Shown here piece after piece: positions 34,104-42,126 of a stretch of 43,340 bases of DNA. The DNA comes from a virus, in the IMG/VR virus record IMGVR_UViG_3300045988_176239. The stretch is one strand, 5' to 3'. Each line of letters opens with the position of its first letter. The stretch's first letter is position 1. A program made the translations under genes and the position numbers. Below the pieces are notes generated by a model that did not search any database, was not told where the DNA came from, and saw nothing but the letters and a program-made list of their open reading frames with translations.

Positions 34104-35006
34104 TCACATCTCTAGTTGGAGGAGAGACAACGCCTCACCCACAGCCGCACTCACATCACCGCCACACTCCAATACCCTCATACAATCAAAAGCCGTATGC
34201 GCCCGCCCGTCCGCGAGCGGATCGTCCGCATGATGCGAGAAAACCAGACCACTGTCCAACATCGTCACACCCGGAGCCGTGCCACCGCCACGCGTATACC
34301 GCCATCGCCGCCCCACCGACTCGTAAGGCCAACCAAACAAACCAACGAGATCATTAAACCCGTATTTTGAATTGAACTCGCCGATAACCCCACCATAAGC
34401 GCCATCAGGCACAGAAGACAAAGAAACACTACCATCGCCCTTCTCCTCGTACCCGATGTTCTCCAACCATTTATCAACGCTCAAACAAGCACCATCAATA
34501 AGCCAATGACGCACCCTCAAACCAAGATGATGTGATGGCAGGAAAAAAGCTCGGGACGCCTCAGCACACGACCCGTCCCACTGAAACACCGGCCCTAACA
34601 CACTAAAGCACGTCCGGCCGATCGCCTCACTTTCTCCCACAGTCATACTGCGAGTACACGGCAGAACAACACGGAAACGCGGGGACACGAAGGAGGATGA
34701 CGCCGTCTCCCACACAATGCCAGCAAGATTCGCCGCCCTCATACGATCCCCAACAAAATCCTCCCGCGACCCATGATCCGCATCCAAAACAATCGCCGAC
34801 CTGGACACGAAATTCCTCTTCTGCCGCCTACCCCCCGCAAGAATGCCAGCGAAAAACGCAGGGGCATCATATTTCTCGCATTTCGAGGGCGCCTCACACA
34901 GAGCAGCAAAATCGTTAAGGTTTACGTTAGTGGCACGCCACCCTGTGATGGAACGAACATTGCCCGCTACCATCACAGGGAAACGCACCCCGAAAACATC
35001 ACTCAC
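34104..35006 (-). CDS. Putative primase (AEP / VirE-N-like with a PriCT-like C-terminus)
   Basis: 300 aa with a DxD-like IVLDADHG and SPRFRVVLP. It overlaps the upstream helicase-like gene by 8 nt. The assignment is from memory only. Confidence 0.4.
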   Translation of the reverse strand: MSDVFGVRFPVMVAGNVRSITGWRATNVNLNDFAALCEAPSKCEKYDAPAFFAGILAGGRRQKRNFVSRSAIVLDADHGSREDFVGDRMRAANLAGIVWETASSSFVSPRFRVVLPCTRSMTVGESEAIGRTCFSVLGPVFQWDGSCAEASRAFFLPSHHLGLRVRHWLIDGACLSVDKWLENIGYEEKGDGSVSLSSVPDGAYGGVIGEFNSKYGFNDLVGLFGWPYESVGRRWRYTRGGGTAPGVTMLDSGLVFSHHADDPLADGRAHTAFDCMRVLECGGDVSAAVGEALSLLQLEM

Positions 35007-36570
35007 CGTACGACGGCTCCGCTATCTGATCCCGCAAAATCGCCTCCACGAGACCATTATCCACAATCTCACCCTCCGTACGGAATTTCACGCCCCGACG
35101 AAGAATGTACTGCCGATACTCCTCCACGCTTCGCGGTGACAGGTTTTTCGCTTCCAGCACCTGATAAAGACGCGTCTCGGTCGGAGGATTACTACTAAAA
35201 TCGTCCACCATACGTGTCAGGTCCGGAACAAAAACATAGTCGATCATTTTCAGCGCGTCGGGCAGCCAGAAATCAGCGGCCAGGCCGAAAGCTTTCCTCA
35301 CCGCGGACGATGACACGCTCATCTGCTGTTCGAAAAGAGACAGAATAGCGGCCACACGCATAACATGATTCCCCATGCGATCAATGACCGCCTGCACTGC
35401 ACGCTGGAAAGGCGACTCGCGGGCCGCCTCCCGGCCCCAGCCCCGCATTGTCTCCACCCAAACATTCCTCGCAGACTCGGTCACGGTCATAGTCATTGGC
35501 GTATTGACAGGCCAAAACTCAGTGGCACAAGTGACAGTACCACGGAATTCGTGCTGCATCATCCCCAGCATTGCTGAAATGCGTTCGGAAGCATGCTCAA
35601 CAAAACCATCACCACCATGCGCACTCAGGTCATTGTTGGTGACCCATCCGAAAGACGAAGGATCGGACTGGCGGTCCTCTTCATCCAAGGCGAAAAGAAT
35701 ACGCGGGCCCCACCCCGTCTCAAACAGAGACTGCGGCATATTATCGACTACGTCGCCGAGAATCCCAGTGCCGCAGAAAGCAAGAGAATGAGGAACCCTC
35801 TCACTATCCGCACGCCTCACACCATCATCGCCGACACGCACAGACTCGACAGTCCTACCCGAGTAGACGTCAGTCAAGAACCCGATGAGCCCGCTACGAT
35901 AACCCTCACCCTGCGACGCGGAGTACATGTTCTGCAGTTCGTCTACAAACATGATAGACGCCCCGCCCGGCCGCTGCGCCATCCGAAGATTCAAACCCTC
36001 AGCCGTCACATTAGACCCGAACAAAACATTCGCCATAAGAGACCGCTCGCACGGACTATTACCGATAGTATTCAACAAATCCTTACGATCAGCCTCAAAC
36101 TCGGCAATACGGTTATTAATATCGTCCCGCTCTGTCCGATACTCGTCAATATCAATACGCCCGCCCCTCCTTTCCAAAGATTCCAAACGACGAAACAGCA
36201 TGCGGAGCGCCAAGTCAACCTCCCGTACGGCCGCCAAACACTGAGACGAATCCCACCTGAACGCGCCCACGCAATCATCAAAAAAACTACGCACCAAAGA
36301 CTGCGCCGTCGTCTTCCTCGACAAAGTAGACGCCCCCAGACAATGAGAGTACAAAGTCAACGGCACCATACTCTGCGCGTTCGCAGACAAATGAGTCCTC
36401 GCAGACAACGGGGCAGACACCATCGTCAGAAAAGTCGTCCACAGGAAACGAGGCGGCGTCTCCGGCGACCTGGACTGCAAATAGTCAACAACCCTGTCAG
36501 CGAACCAATCATAATGCACGCCCCCATCCGAGGACGCGAACTCGTAATCCGCAATCCTCTCAACACTCAA
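34999..36570 (-). CDS. DUF3987-like replicative helicase/primase-associated protein
   Basis: 523 aa with a TTG start in a TTGA overlap after GGAGGAG. GASIMFVDELQNMY is Walker-B-like and GASTLSRKTT is a degenerate P-loop. Confidence 0.45.
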   Translation of the reverse strand: MSVERIADYEFASSDGGVHYDWFADRVVDYLQSRSPETPPRFLWTTFLTMVSAPLSARTHLSANAQSMVPLTLYSHCLGASTLSRKTTAQSLVRSFFDDCVGAFRWDSSQCLAAVREVDLALRMLFRRLESLERRGGRIDIDEYRTERDDINNRIAEFEADRKDLLNTIGNSPCERSLMANVLFGSNVTAEGLNLRMAQRPGGASIMFVDELQNMYSASQGEGYRSGLIGFLTDVYSGRTVESVRVGDDGVRRADSERVPHSLAFCGTGILGDVVDNMPQSLFETGWGPRILFALDEEDRQSDPSSFGWVTNNDLSAHGGDGFVEHASERISAMLGMMQHEFRGTVTCATEFWPVNTPMTMTVTESARNVWVETMRGWGREAARESPFQRAVQAVIDRMGNHVMRVAAILSLFEQQMSVSSSAVRKAFGLAADFWLPDALKMIDYVFVPDLTRMVDDFSSNPPTETRLYQVLEAKNLSPRSVEEYRQYILRRGVKFRTEGEIVDNGLVEAILRDQIAEPSYGE

Positions 36571-36881
36571 TTGCTCTCCTCCCCCACGTCAACAAGAAAA
36601 CTATTGAAAGCATCAAGAATCTCATCGCCATCGAAAGTATAGCCAACGTCAAACATAGGCCCCCAATAACGGTCCGTGTGCTCGAAAATCGTCGCCTTAT
36701 AGCCGCGAACAGTATCCGCCTCAAAAATAAACCGGTGCCCAAGCGATGCCACAACAATGTGAATGCTGTTATTCCAGGCGCTCACTTCCAGGCCGAGCGA
36801 ATCATTCCCGCCCTTACTGGCGTAATTCTTACACGCCTCCGTGACATGCTTCAGAAACTCCCAGTCGAATAGCTTGATCAT
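36567..36881 (-). CDS. Hypothetical protein
   Basis: 104 aa from ATG 36881 (ATGA overlap). Confidence 0.5.
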   Translation of the reverse strand: MIKLFDWEFLKHVTEACKNYASKGGNDSLGLEVSAWNNSIHIVVASLGHRFIFEADTVRGYKATIFEHTDRYWGPMFDVGYTFDGDEILDAFNSFLVDVGEESN

Positions 36882-37198
36882 TTGCCCTCCCACAGTCTTA
36901 TCTTGATTTCGTTGAAAAGCTCCTGAAGCACCCATGTCCCTTTCCCTCTCTCTACCGTTGTGATTATTTCGTTCGTGCCACAGTTTCGAATGCTCGCCGA
37001 ATACTCCTCCCCTACAATGCTGAGAGTGCATCCGTATTGTTTCCCGGTGACGTCCAAGTAGAGGACGGGCAGACCACTGCCCACAATGGCATCCTCCCCA
37101 GTGTCCAATAGGATGGATTCGCAACGCGGATCATTGAGCATCTCCGCCACGAATTCGATCACGACCGGCCGCAGCTCGCCGTCAATCACGACTCTCAC
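36878..37198 (-). CDS. Hypothetical protein
   Basis: 106 aa with a GTG start following GAGGGAAG. Confidence 0.5.
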   Translation of the reverse strand: MRVVIDGELRPVVIEFVAEMLNDPRCESILLDTGEDAIVGSGLPVLYLDVTGKQYGCTLSIVGEEYSASIRNCGTNEIITTVERGKGTWVLQELFNEIKIRLWEGK

Positions 37199-37520
37199 CT
37201 TCCCTCATGCCAGCCAGCTCTGCAAAACGATTCACAGCATTGACGATAGTGCCCCTATCAGCACCACTCTCGTCCAAGAGGACATGATTCGACAGCTGAA
37301 TAACACGCACCCGCCATATCTCATCTTTCGTGATAACAATCCTGAAGACGGTCCTATCGTCAGGGTTCCTGGCCGTCGCTTTGAAGAGAACATCGAAAAG
37401 ACGGGCGCCTTCATTGTTGCCACGCAAAGCAACAATTGAACACTGAGGCCACTGGGCGAAATCGCCAACACAACTAGCAAGGAAAGCGAACACCGCCTTA
37501 TCAATAGCAGAGTCACTCAT
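37182..37520 (-). CDS. Hypothetical protein
   Basis: 112 aa from ATG 37520, with an 8-nt overlap with the upstream gene. Confidence 0.5.
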   Translation of the reverse strand: MSDSAIDKAVFAFLASCVGDFAQWPQCSIVALRGNNEGARLFDVLFKATARNPDDRTVFRIVITKDEIWRVRVIQLSNHVLLDESGADRGTIVNAVNRFAELAGMREGESRD

Positions 37521-37794
37521 TGTCGGCCGCCTTACTACGATCCGCCGCGACAATCAAAGCACGACGCACAAACTCACCGACACTCTCCGGAGGAATCGCG
37601 GCGCTCTTCCGCTTAACGTGCCTTGCCCTCACTGTGTCGCCGGCGACCACGATACGGCAAGTGCTGCCAATAGTGACGATGCCGCCATCGTAAATTCTGC
37701 GGGCAGGCACATGCACGTTGAACTCGTGACGGCGCCCGTCATCATTCCACTCACGAACCGCCTGAGCGACAACCGTCTCAAAAACTGTACCCAT
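37513..37794 (-). CDS. Hypothetical protein
   Basis: 93 aa with an ATG start. Confidence 0.5.
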   Translation of the reverse strand: MGTVFETVVAQAVREWNDDGRRHEFNVHVPARRIYDGGIVTIGSTCRIVVAGDTVRARHVKRKSAAIPPESVGEFVRRALIVAADRSKAADNE

Positions 37795-37860
37795 AGTAAT
37801 GCTTCTCTCTTCCCAAATATTGTGACGGATACTACTATTTACCGTTGGATGGGCGTGGGG

Positions 37861-38352
37861 TTAAATGTCGAAGCCGACCACCTCCTCCACGGGCACGCCC
37901 ACCAAATCACACAAATCAGCCAACCCGTCCCTGGCGTCAGACCGAGCACACTTCCACGTCGACGAACCCTTATCGCTGCCCCGCATTTCTTCCAGGCAAA
38001 GAATGAAAACGTCCGCCAAGCGACTACTTTCCTCTTTCCTCTCGTGACGCTTGACGCGTTTATGAATCCACCTGGCCGCAACGGCCGTATTCTCACTGAC
38101 AGTAAGAGTTTTCTGCCACCAAGCATCTCCCGTCATCTCTTTCGCACTGAAATACCACGCTGTCGGCCTACCGTCATCAAACACGTACGTTTCAATAACA
38201 CCGGCCTTAGTGTCCCAGATCATGACGGTAAAGCCGGCATCATCGTAATGACATGAAGTGACGGGCGGCATATTTTCTCGAATAAACCCCATTTCGACAT
38301 CCGGATCGGTCACCCCCTCAATGATGGGGCCATCATATTCAAACCATCGCAT
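37861..38352 (-). CDS. Hypothetical protein, possibly with a C-terminal HTH (GLADLCDLVGVPVEEV)
   Basis: 163 aa with a strong RBS (AAGGAGGAGGAAATT). Confidence 0.55.
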   Translation of the reverse strand: MRWFEYDGPIIEGVTDPDVEMGFIRENMPPVTSCHYDDAGFTVMIWDTKAGVIETYVFDDGRPTAWYFSAKEMTGDAWWQKTLTVSENTAVAARWIHKRVKRHERKEESSRLADVFILCLEEMRGSDKGSSTWKCARSDARDGLADLCDLVGVPVEEVVGFDI

Positions 38353-38388
38353 AATTTCCTCCTCCTTTCCCCTGGAACTACGGTAGTG

Positions 38389-39303
38389 TCAGACGATCAC
38401 ACTGTCAAGAATCTCCCGAACTCGACCACAAAACTCACCCCACGCCTCATCCGCGGCGTACGACCGGTCAGGAGAATCAAGCCTGCCAAGAGCAAACTCG
38501 ACACCACTCTTACCCGCGCCCACAGAAATCTGCCCAATAATCTCACCACTGAAATAGGCGACAGTCAAAGAATCCCCCACCATTGCAAGAGTAATACCAC
38601 AAGCGCCCGCCACCGAAACGAGACCATCCATGGCCGAGGCGCCTACAACAAGACGGTCAAACATTTCCTGCGTCTTACCCACAAGATTCTCAGTACAGGT
38701 CACACCAATATTGGCCTCCCACCTAAGAGTCTCAATATTGTCCACGGTCAGCGCGGCCTCACCGGAAATGAACGTCATCTCACCCATCGGCTTCGTGTAA
38801 ATGTGAAACCGCGTTGAATGTGTGAGCGGCCTCGCCGGCCTCCACTGAACAGCAGCCTCAACGGGGGTGCGGGAATCCATAACAACAGGATCGTGAGTGA
38901 TGTCGTCCACAAAGTGGTCCCAGATGGGGCGCTTCGACGCATCCTCCCCAGTGAACGGGTCAATGTCCAGCTCGGCGCCGCTTCGCCTCATAGCGACCAT
39001 CATGGTGCCAATCGGCGCCCCGCCAGACGACACTGTCAGGGTCGAAAACTCATCCTCGTCAACATAGAGACCGTGCTCGTCAGCCAGGATGAGAATGCGG
39101 TCATAAATCTTCGCCATGCCCACCATGGAAGCCAGCCCCTCACTAGCGGAACGACGGTCATCCGGAAATTCGGGAAGATAGGCGGGCGCAAGGCGATCGG
39201 ACAGAAGAATGTCCTCCCTGTCCATTATCTGCGTTGTGCCGTCCAACCAAATACCCCGCGACCAATTCGTGACGTCAATGGTGAAAAGCGCGTCGTAAAA
39301 CAT
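38389..39303 (-). CDS. Hypothetical protein
   Basis: 304 aa from ATG 39303 with an AGAGGAAGAGGA RBS. Confidence 0.55.
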   Translation of the reverse strand: MFYDALFTIDVTNWSRGIWLDGTTQIMDREDILLSDRLAPAYLPEFPDDRRSASEGLASMVGMAKIYDRILILADEHGLYVDEDEFSTLTVSSGGAPIGTMMVAMRRSGAELDIDPFTGEDASKRPIWDHFVDDITHDPVVMDSRTPVEAAVQWRPARPLTHSTRFHIYTKPMGEMTFISGEAALTVDNIETLRWEANIGVTCTENLVGKTQEMFDRLVVGASAMDGLVSVAGACGITLAMVGDSLTVAYFSGEIIGQISVGAGKSGVEFALGRLDSPDRSYAADEAWGEFCGRVREILDSVIV

Positions 39304-39352
39304 GACATCCTCTTCCTCTAGTGCTTGTGTCGTCAGAATTGCGGGAGGGGGG

Positions 39353-39535
39353 TTACCGTACTCCCAGCGTCCCCCACAGGGCCCAAATAGCCGCCACGAA
39401 ACCGAGCGTCCCCACAACGGCGAGACATGATGCGGTCAGGTAGATGACGGCGGCCAGGATGATTTCGCTGCCCCTTTTCAAAGGGCGGCGGGTAGCGGCG
39501 TTCGTGTTGCGGGGCGCTGAGTGCCTCATGGTCAT
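39353..39535 (-). CDS. Small membrane protein
   Basis: 60 aa with a basic N-terminus followed by the hydrophobic IILAAVIYLTASCLAVVGTLGFVAAIWALW. The RBS is GGAGAAAGAG. Confidence 0.5.
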   Translation of the reverse strand: MTMRHSAPRNTNAATRRPLKRGSEIILAAVIYLTASCLAVVGTLGFVAAIWALWGTLGVR

Positions 39536-39934
39536 GATGTCTTCTCTTTCTCCGTGGTGGTCTTGGTTGTGCTGTGGACCATCTGCCCTGTCGGACTGCT
39601 GTCCTGCCTCCCGATGGCTTTAACTCTAGGGGCCCGTCGCCCCGCCGTCCACCCCACCCGGGTGAGACGTCCATCACACTCTGAGGTGTTGGTTCCCGAC
39701 ACATCAGCCCACCACACCAGAACACCACGAAAGGCGGACGGCAGTGGACTACACATGGTCGCGTCCTCCGCCCGTGCGAGCACGAAACAGAGGACGCAAT
39801 ACCAGTCCGGCAGAAAAGACGCTCCGAGCCTCAAAGAGCGAACACCCCAACTCACACATACTGACCCACCCCAACCGACCTTTCGCGCCGAGTGGATGGG
39901 TTGGTATGTCGCCGCCGTCCTCTACCACACCGTC

Positions 39935-40372
39935 TCATATGAGGTCAATGTCGTTCTCCTCCAACACGCCCCCAACCTCCTCAACATTATCCACATTCAC
40001 GCCAGCAACACTAATGTCGCACTCGAGCTCACCGTCACCGTTCTCAATGATTTCGAGCTCAAGCGAGACACGGTTCAACCCAAAAACGATTTCCCTCCCC
40101 AATAGTGCAACGGGGTGCACATCCACATATCCGACAGTACGAAGAACGTCGAGGGCACGGAACATCAGGTCGGCGCCGCGCCCGACAGCGGCGAGCAGTG
40201 CCGTCAAATGCTCGGGCGTTCCCCTTTTATCGGCGACGCTTATCGTGTAGTTCGTGCCGTCCATGTGCTCGATCATAATTGCGAACCGGGCCGGGGAATC
40301 GGCCGACGAATCCGTGGCCCGGCGCACGTCCATGTGTCGGACGAGCCTTGCCTCGTCCAGCGTGTTGCCCAT
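39935..40372 (-). CDS. Hypothetical protein; first gene of the long leftward operon
   Basis: 145 aa from ATG 40372 with a GAAGAGAGAGAGGA leader, downstream of a promoter candidate. Confidence 0.55.
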   Translation of the reverse strand: MGNTLDEARLVRHMDVRRATDSSADSPARFAIMIEHMDGTNYTISVADKRGTPEHLTALLAAVGRGADLMFRALDVLRTVGYVDVHPVALLGREIVFGLNRVSLELEIIENGDGELECDISVAGVNVDNVEEVGGVLEENDIDLI

Positions 40373-40416
40373 TTGTGCCCGTCCTCTCTCTCTTCGCGTG
40401 CCAGCCCTCACTGGCA

Positions 40417-40441
40417 TGGTGTGTCCACTGTAGAAGGGCGG
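40417..40441. repeat. 25-bp direct repeat tggtgtgtccactgtagaagggcgg (copy A)
   Basis: Identical to 41391-41415. It is preceded by the small hairpin tgccag/ctggca (40399-40416). Confidence 0.9.
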
Positions 40442-40457
40442 GGGAGGGTGCTGTCAA
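40427..40457 (-). promoter_or_regulatory. Candidate promoter of the leftward operon: TTGACA-N19-TACAGT
   Basis: Minus-strand TTGACA at 40457-40452 and TACAGT at 40432-40427. The -10 lies inside 25-bp repeat copy A. Confidence 0.45.
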
Positions 40458-40539
40458 CCCCCAGCGTACGTGACTCGTATCTCAGTGGACTCCGGGAACG
40501 CCCGCAGTGCTTACGCCACTGCCCCGCCCGTGTCATCCC

Positions 40540-40866
40540 ATGAGCATGGATATATCAACCCTTCTGTACGTCTCACCCGCCTCCGTGCCTGAAACCATGA
40601 CGGCCCTCACGCTCCGCTACGTCGAAGATCGCGAGGAAGTCGCCGACCGATACTTGCGCGCAACGCTGCGATCCTTCATGTTCGACCTCTACCCCCACGA
40701 AGCGTTCGAGCTGATCCGCACCTTCGCCACCGAGACCACGGACGACATCCAAGACCTCGAGGGTGAGGAGGTGGCGAGCCGGATCAACGTCGCGCTGCGG
40801 CGGCTGATCGACCGCGCCGAGGCCGATGAAGCCTTCATGGCCGAGCTGACCGAGTTGGCCTACTGA
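40540..40866 (+). CDS. Small acidic hypothetical protein
   Basis: 108 aa from ATG 40540 (alternatives are GTG 40507 and ATG 40546). It is helical and Asp/Glu-rich. Confidence 0.5.
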   Translation: MSMDISTLLYVSPASVPETMTALTLRYVEDREEVADRYLRATLRSFMFDLYPHEAFELIRTFATETTDDIQDLEGEEVASRINVALRRLIDRAEADEAFMAELTELAY

Positions 40867-40989
40867 GCCGTCCGTCCCACCCGCACAATGCGACAGAGGC
40901 CCCCCCCGGGGGGGTCTTGCGTTAGCCAAGCCCCAAGGAGCATTCTTATATCAACAGAACAACCCAACCGACCGGGAAGGAAAGAGAGA

Positions 40990-41331
40990 ATGAGCACCGC
41001 CATCTACCGCACTGAGGACCCCGCCCTCGAGACCATCGAGTTCGGTACCGTCTACCATGTTCACGACTCGCGCACCGGCGCCTCGTGGGTCCTCTACGAG
41101 AGCGACGATTGCGGTGTCAGCTCCATTGAGCCGCTGGACGTCCCTGATGGATGGGACGACGCCTACGAGTATGCGACGGTTGACACGCGCATTTGGTCTC
41201 GCATCGCCGATCTCGCCAGCGACGCCTTCCTGGCCAGCGCCGACCTCGAGGTCACTATCGTTCCCGTCCTCGAAGAGGGGGCGGACCCCAGGTCGCGCGC
41301 TCTGCTGTACCGCTTCGTTTGGCTCTTCTGA
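40990..41331 (+). CDS. Small acidic hypothetical protein
   Basis: 113 aa from ATG 40990 with a GGAAGGAAAGAGAGA RBS. It is very Asp/Glu-rich. Confidence 0.55.
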   Translation: MSTAIYRTEDPALETIEFGTVYHVHDSRTGASWVLYESDDCGVSSIEPLDVPDGWDDAYEYATVDTRIWSRIADLASDAFLASADLEVTIVPVLEEGADPRSRALLYRFVWLF

Positions 41332-41346
41332 CACAACTGGTCTGAG

Positions 41347-41389
41347 GACGACGGGGCCCTACCTTCGACGAGGGTGGGGCCCCGTCGTC
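41347..41389 (+). terminator. 13-bp GC-rich hairpin after the rightward two-gene cassette
   Basis: gacgacggggccc (41347-41359) pairs with gggccccgtcgtc (41377-41389). Confidence 0.6.
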
Positions 41390-41390
41390 G

Positions 41391-41415
41391 TGGTGTGTCC
41401 ACTGTAGAAGGGCGG
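41391..41415. repeat. 25-bp direct repeat (copy B)
   Basis: Identical to 40417-40441. It immediately follows the hairpin at 41347-41389. Confidence 0.9.
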
Positions 41416-41468
41416 TGTGTGATGGGGGCGAGCGGTGCCGGTCCTGCACACCAATCTCTCACAGTTTC

Positions 41469-41503
41469 CGTTAACCTTCCGTTCATCTCGTTAACCTTTC
41501 GTT
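41469..41503. promoter_or_regulatory. Helically phased CGTT / CGTTAACCTT repeats (iteron-like)
   Basis: cgttaacctt at 41469-41478 and 41489-41498 (20-bp period). CGTT recurs at 41469, 41480, 41489 and 41500. Confidence 0.5.
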
Positions 41504-41746
41504 TACTTTCTACGCATGTGGGTTGTTTGCTAGCAACCTGGGTTCTAGGGTAAAAACACCCGTTTGTGTTACTACAATGTTGGTGCGTGTCGTCACACTT
41601 TCTGTCCTTGTAGCAAGAGATTGTGTCAGTGGCTTCCGCGTGATTGCAACGTTTAGTCCTTGTTTGCTGTTGCTTGTTGGCAGTGTTTGTTGTGGTGACT
41701 TTGGTCCCGTATGCTACACTCGAGTAGACGAATCGTCGAAGACGAT

Positions 41747-41808
41747 CTGCGGCGCAGCCGCTGAGGAGCCCTAGCGACGCAAGCGAGCGTCGGCGCCGCA
41801 GGGTGTTT
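41747..41808 (+). terminator. Compound GC-rich stem-loop followed by a T-run
   Basis: ctgcggcgc (41747-41755) pairs with gcgccgcag (41793-41801), with an inner cgacgc/gcgtcg pairing, followed by ggtgtttt. Confidence 0.5.
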
Positions 41809-41864
41809 TCGAAGAGCTCGCCACTGTGTTGGGCCCAACCTATACTCTTAAAAGAGTACTAGAA

Positions 41865-41898
41865 TTAGACACTGTCTACCTGTGTTAGACACTGTCTA
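41865..41898. promoter_or_regulatory. Two copies of the 14-bp near-palindrome TTAGACACTGTCTA spaced 20 bp (operator-like), downstream of a TATACT -10-like hexamer (41841-41846)
   Basis: Copies at 41865-41878 and 41885-41898. With the flanking aa/tt they form a larger near-palindrome. Confidence 0.6.
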
Positions 41899-42093
41899 AT
41901 TAGGAAACATGTGTTATGACGTAATTGAGAGTGCACAGTGTTCAAAGAAGAATACTGTGATCGTTAACAACGAACAGTGTGTGGCGTGAACAACAATACC
42001 ATCATGGTGGTATGCAATAAACATTGCGCATGCAAAAACACGCACACACCCACCAAATAAACAAACCCAAAACACAAAGGCGCGTGTTGTGCT

Positions 42094-42126
42094 ACGTGCG
42101 TGCTCGCAAAGCTGCGCGCGCACTAC
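42094..42126. repeat. 33-bp direct repeat acgtgcgtgctcgcaaagctgcgcgcgcactac (copy 1), itself an imperfect GC-rich hairpin
   Basis: Identical to 42759-42791. gtgcgtgc can pair with gcgcgcac around the caaag loop region. Confidence 0.9.

Noticed and set aside
39532-39855. 107-aa minus-strand ORF with an ATGA overlap to the next gene
   Set aside because: It was not listed as a feature. It has a GTG start without an RBS and an Arg/Trp/Cys/Ser-rich product that looks non-coding. It is kept as a question in the findings.
41523-41774. 83-aa + ORF in the G/T-rich region
   Set aside because: The product is Cys/Val/Leu/Gly-rich and generated by G/T-rich DNA. It has a GTG start, no RBS and runs into a terminator-like structure. 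The region is better explained as regulatory.
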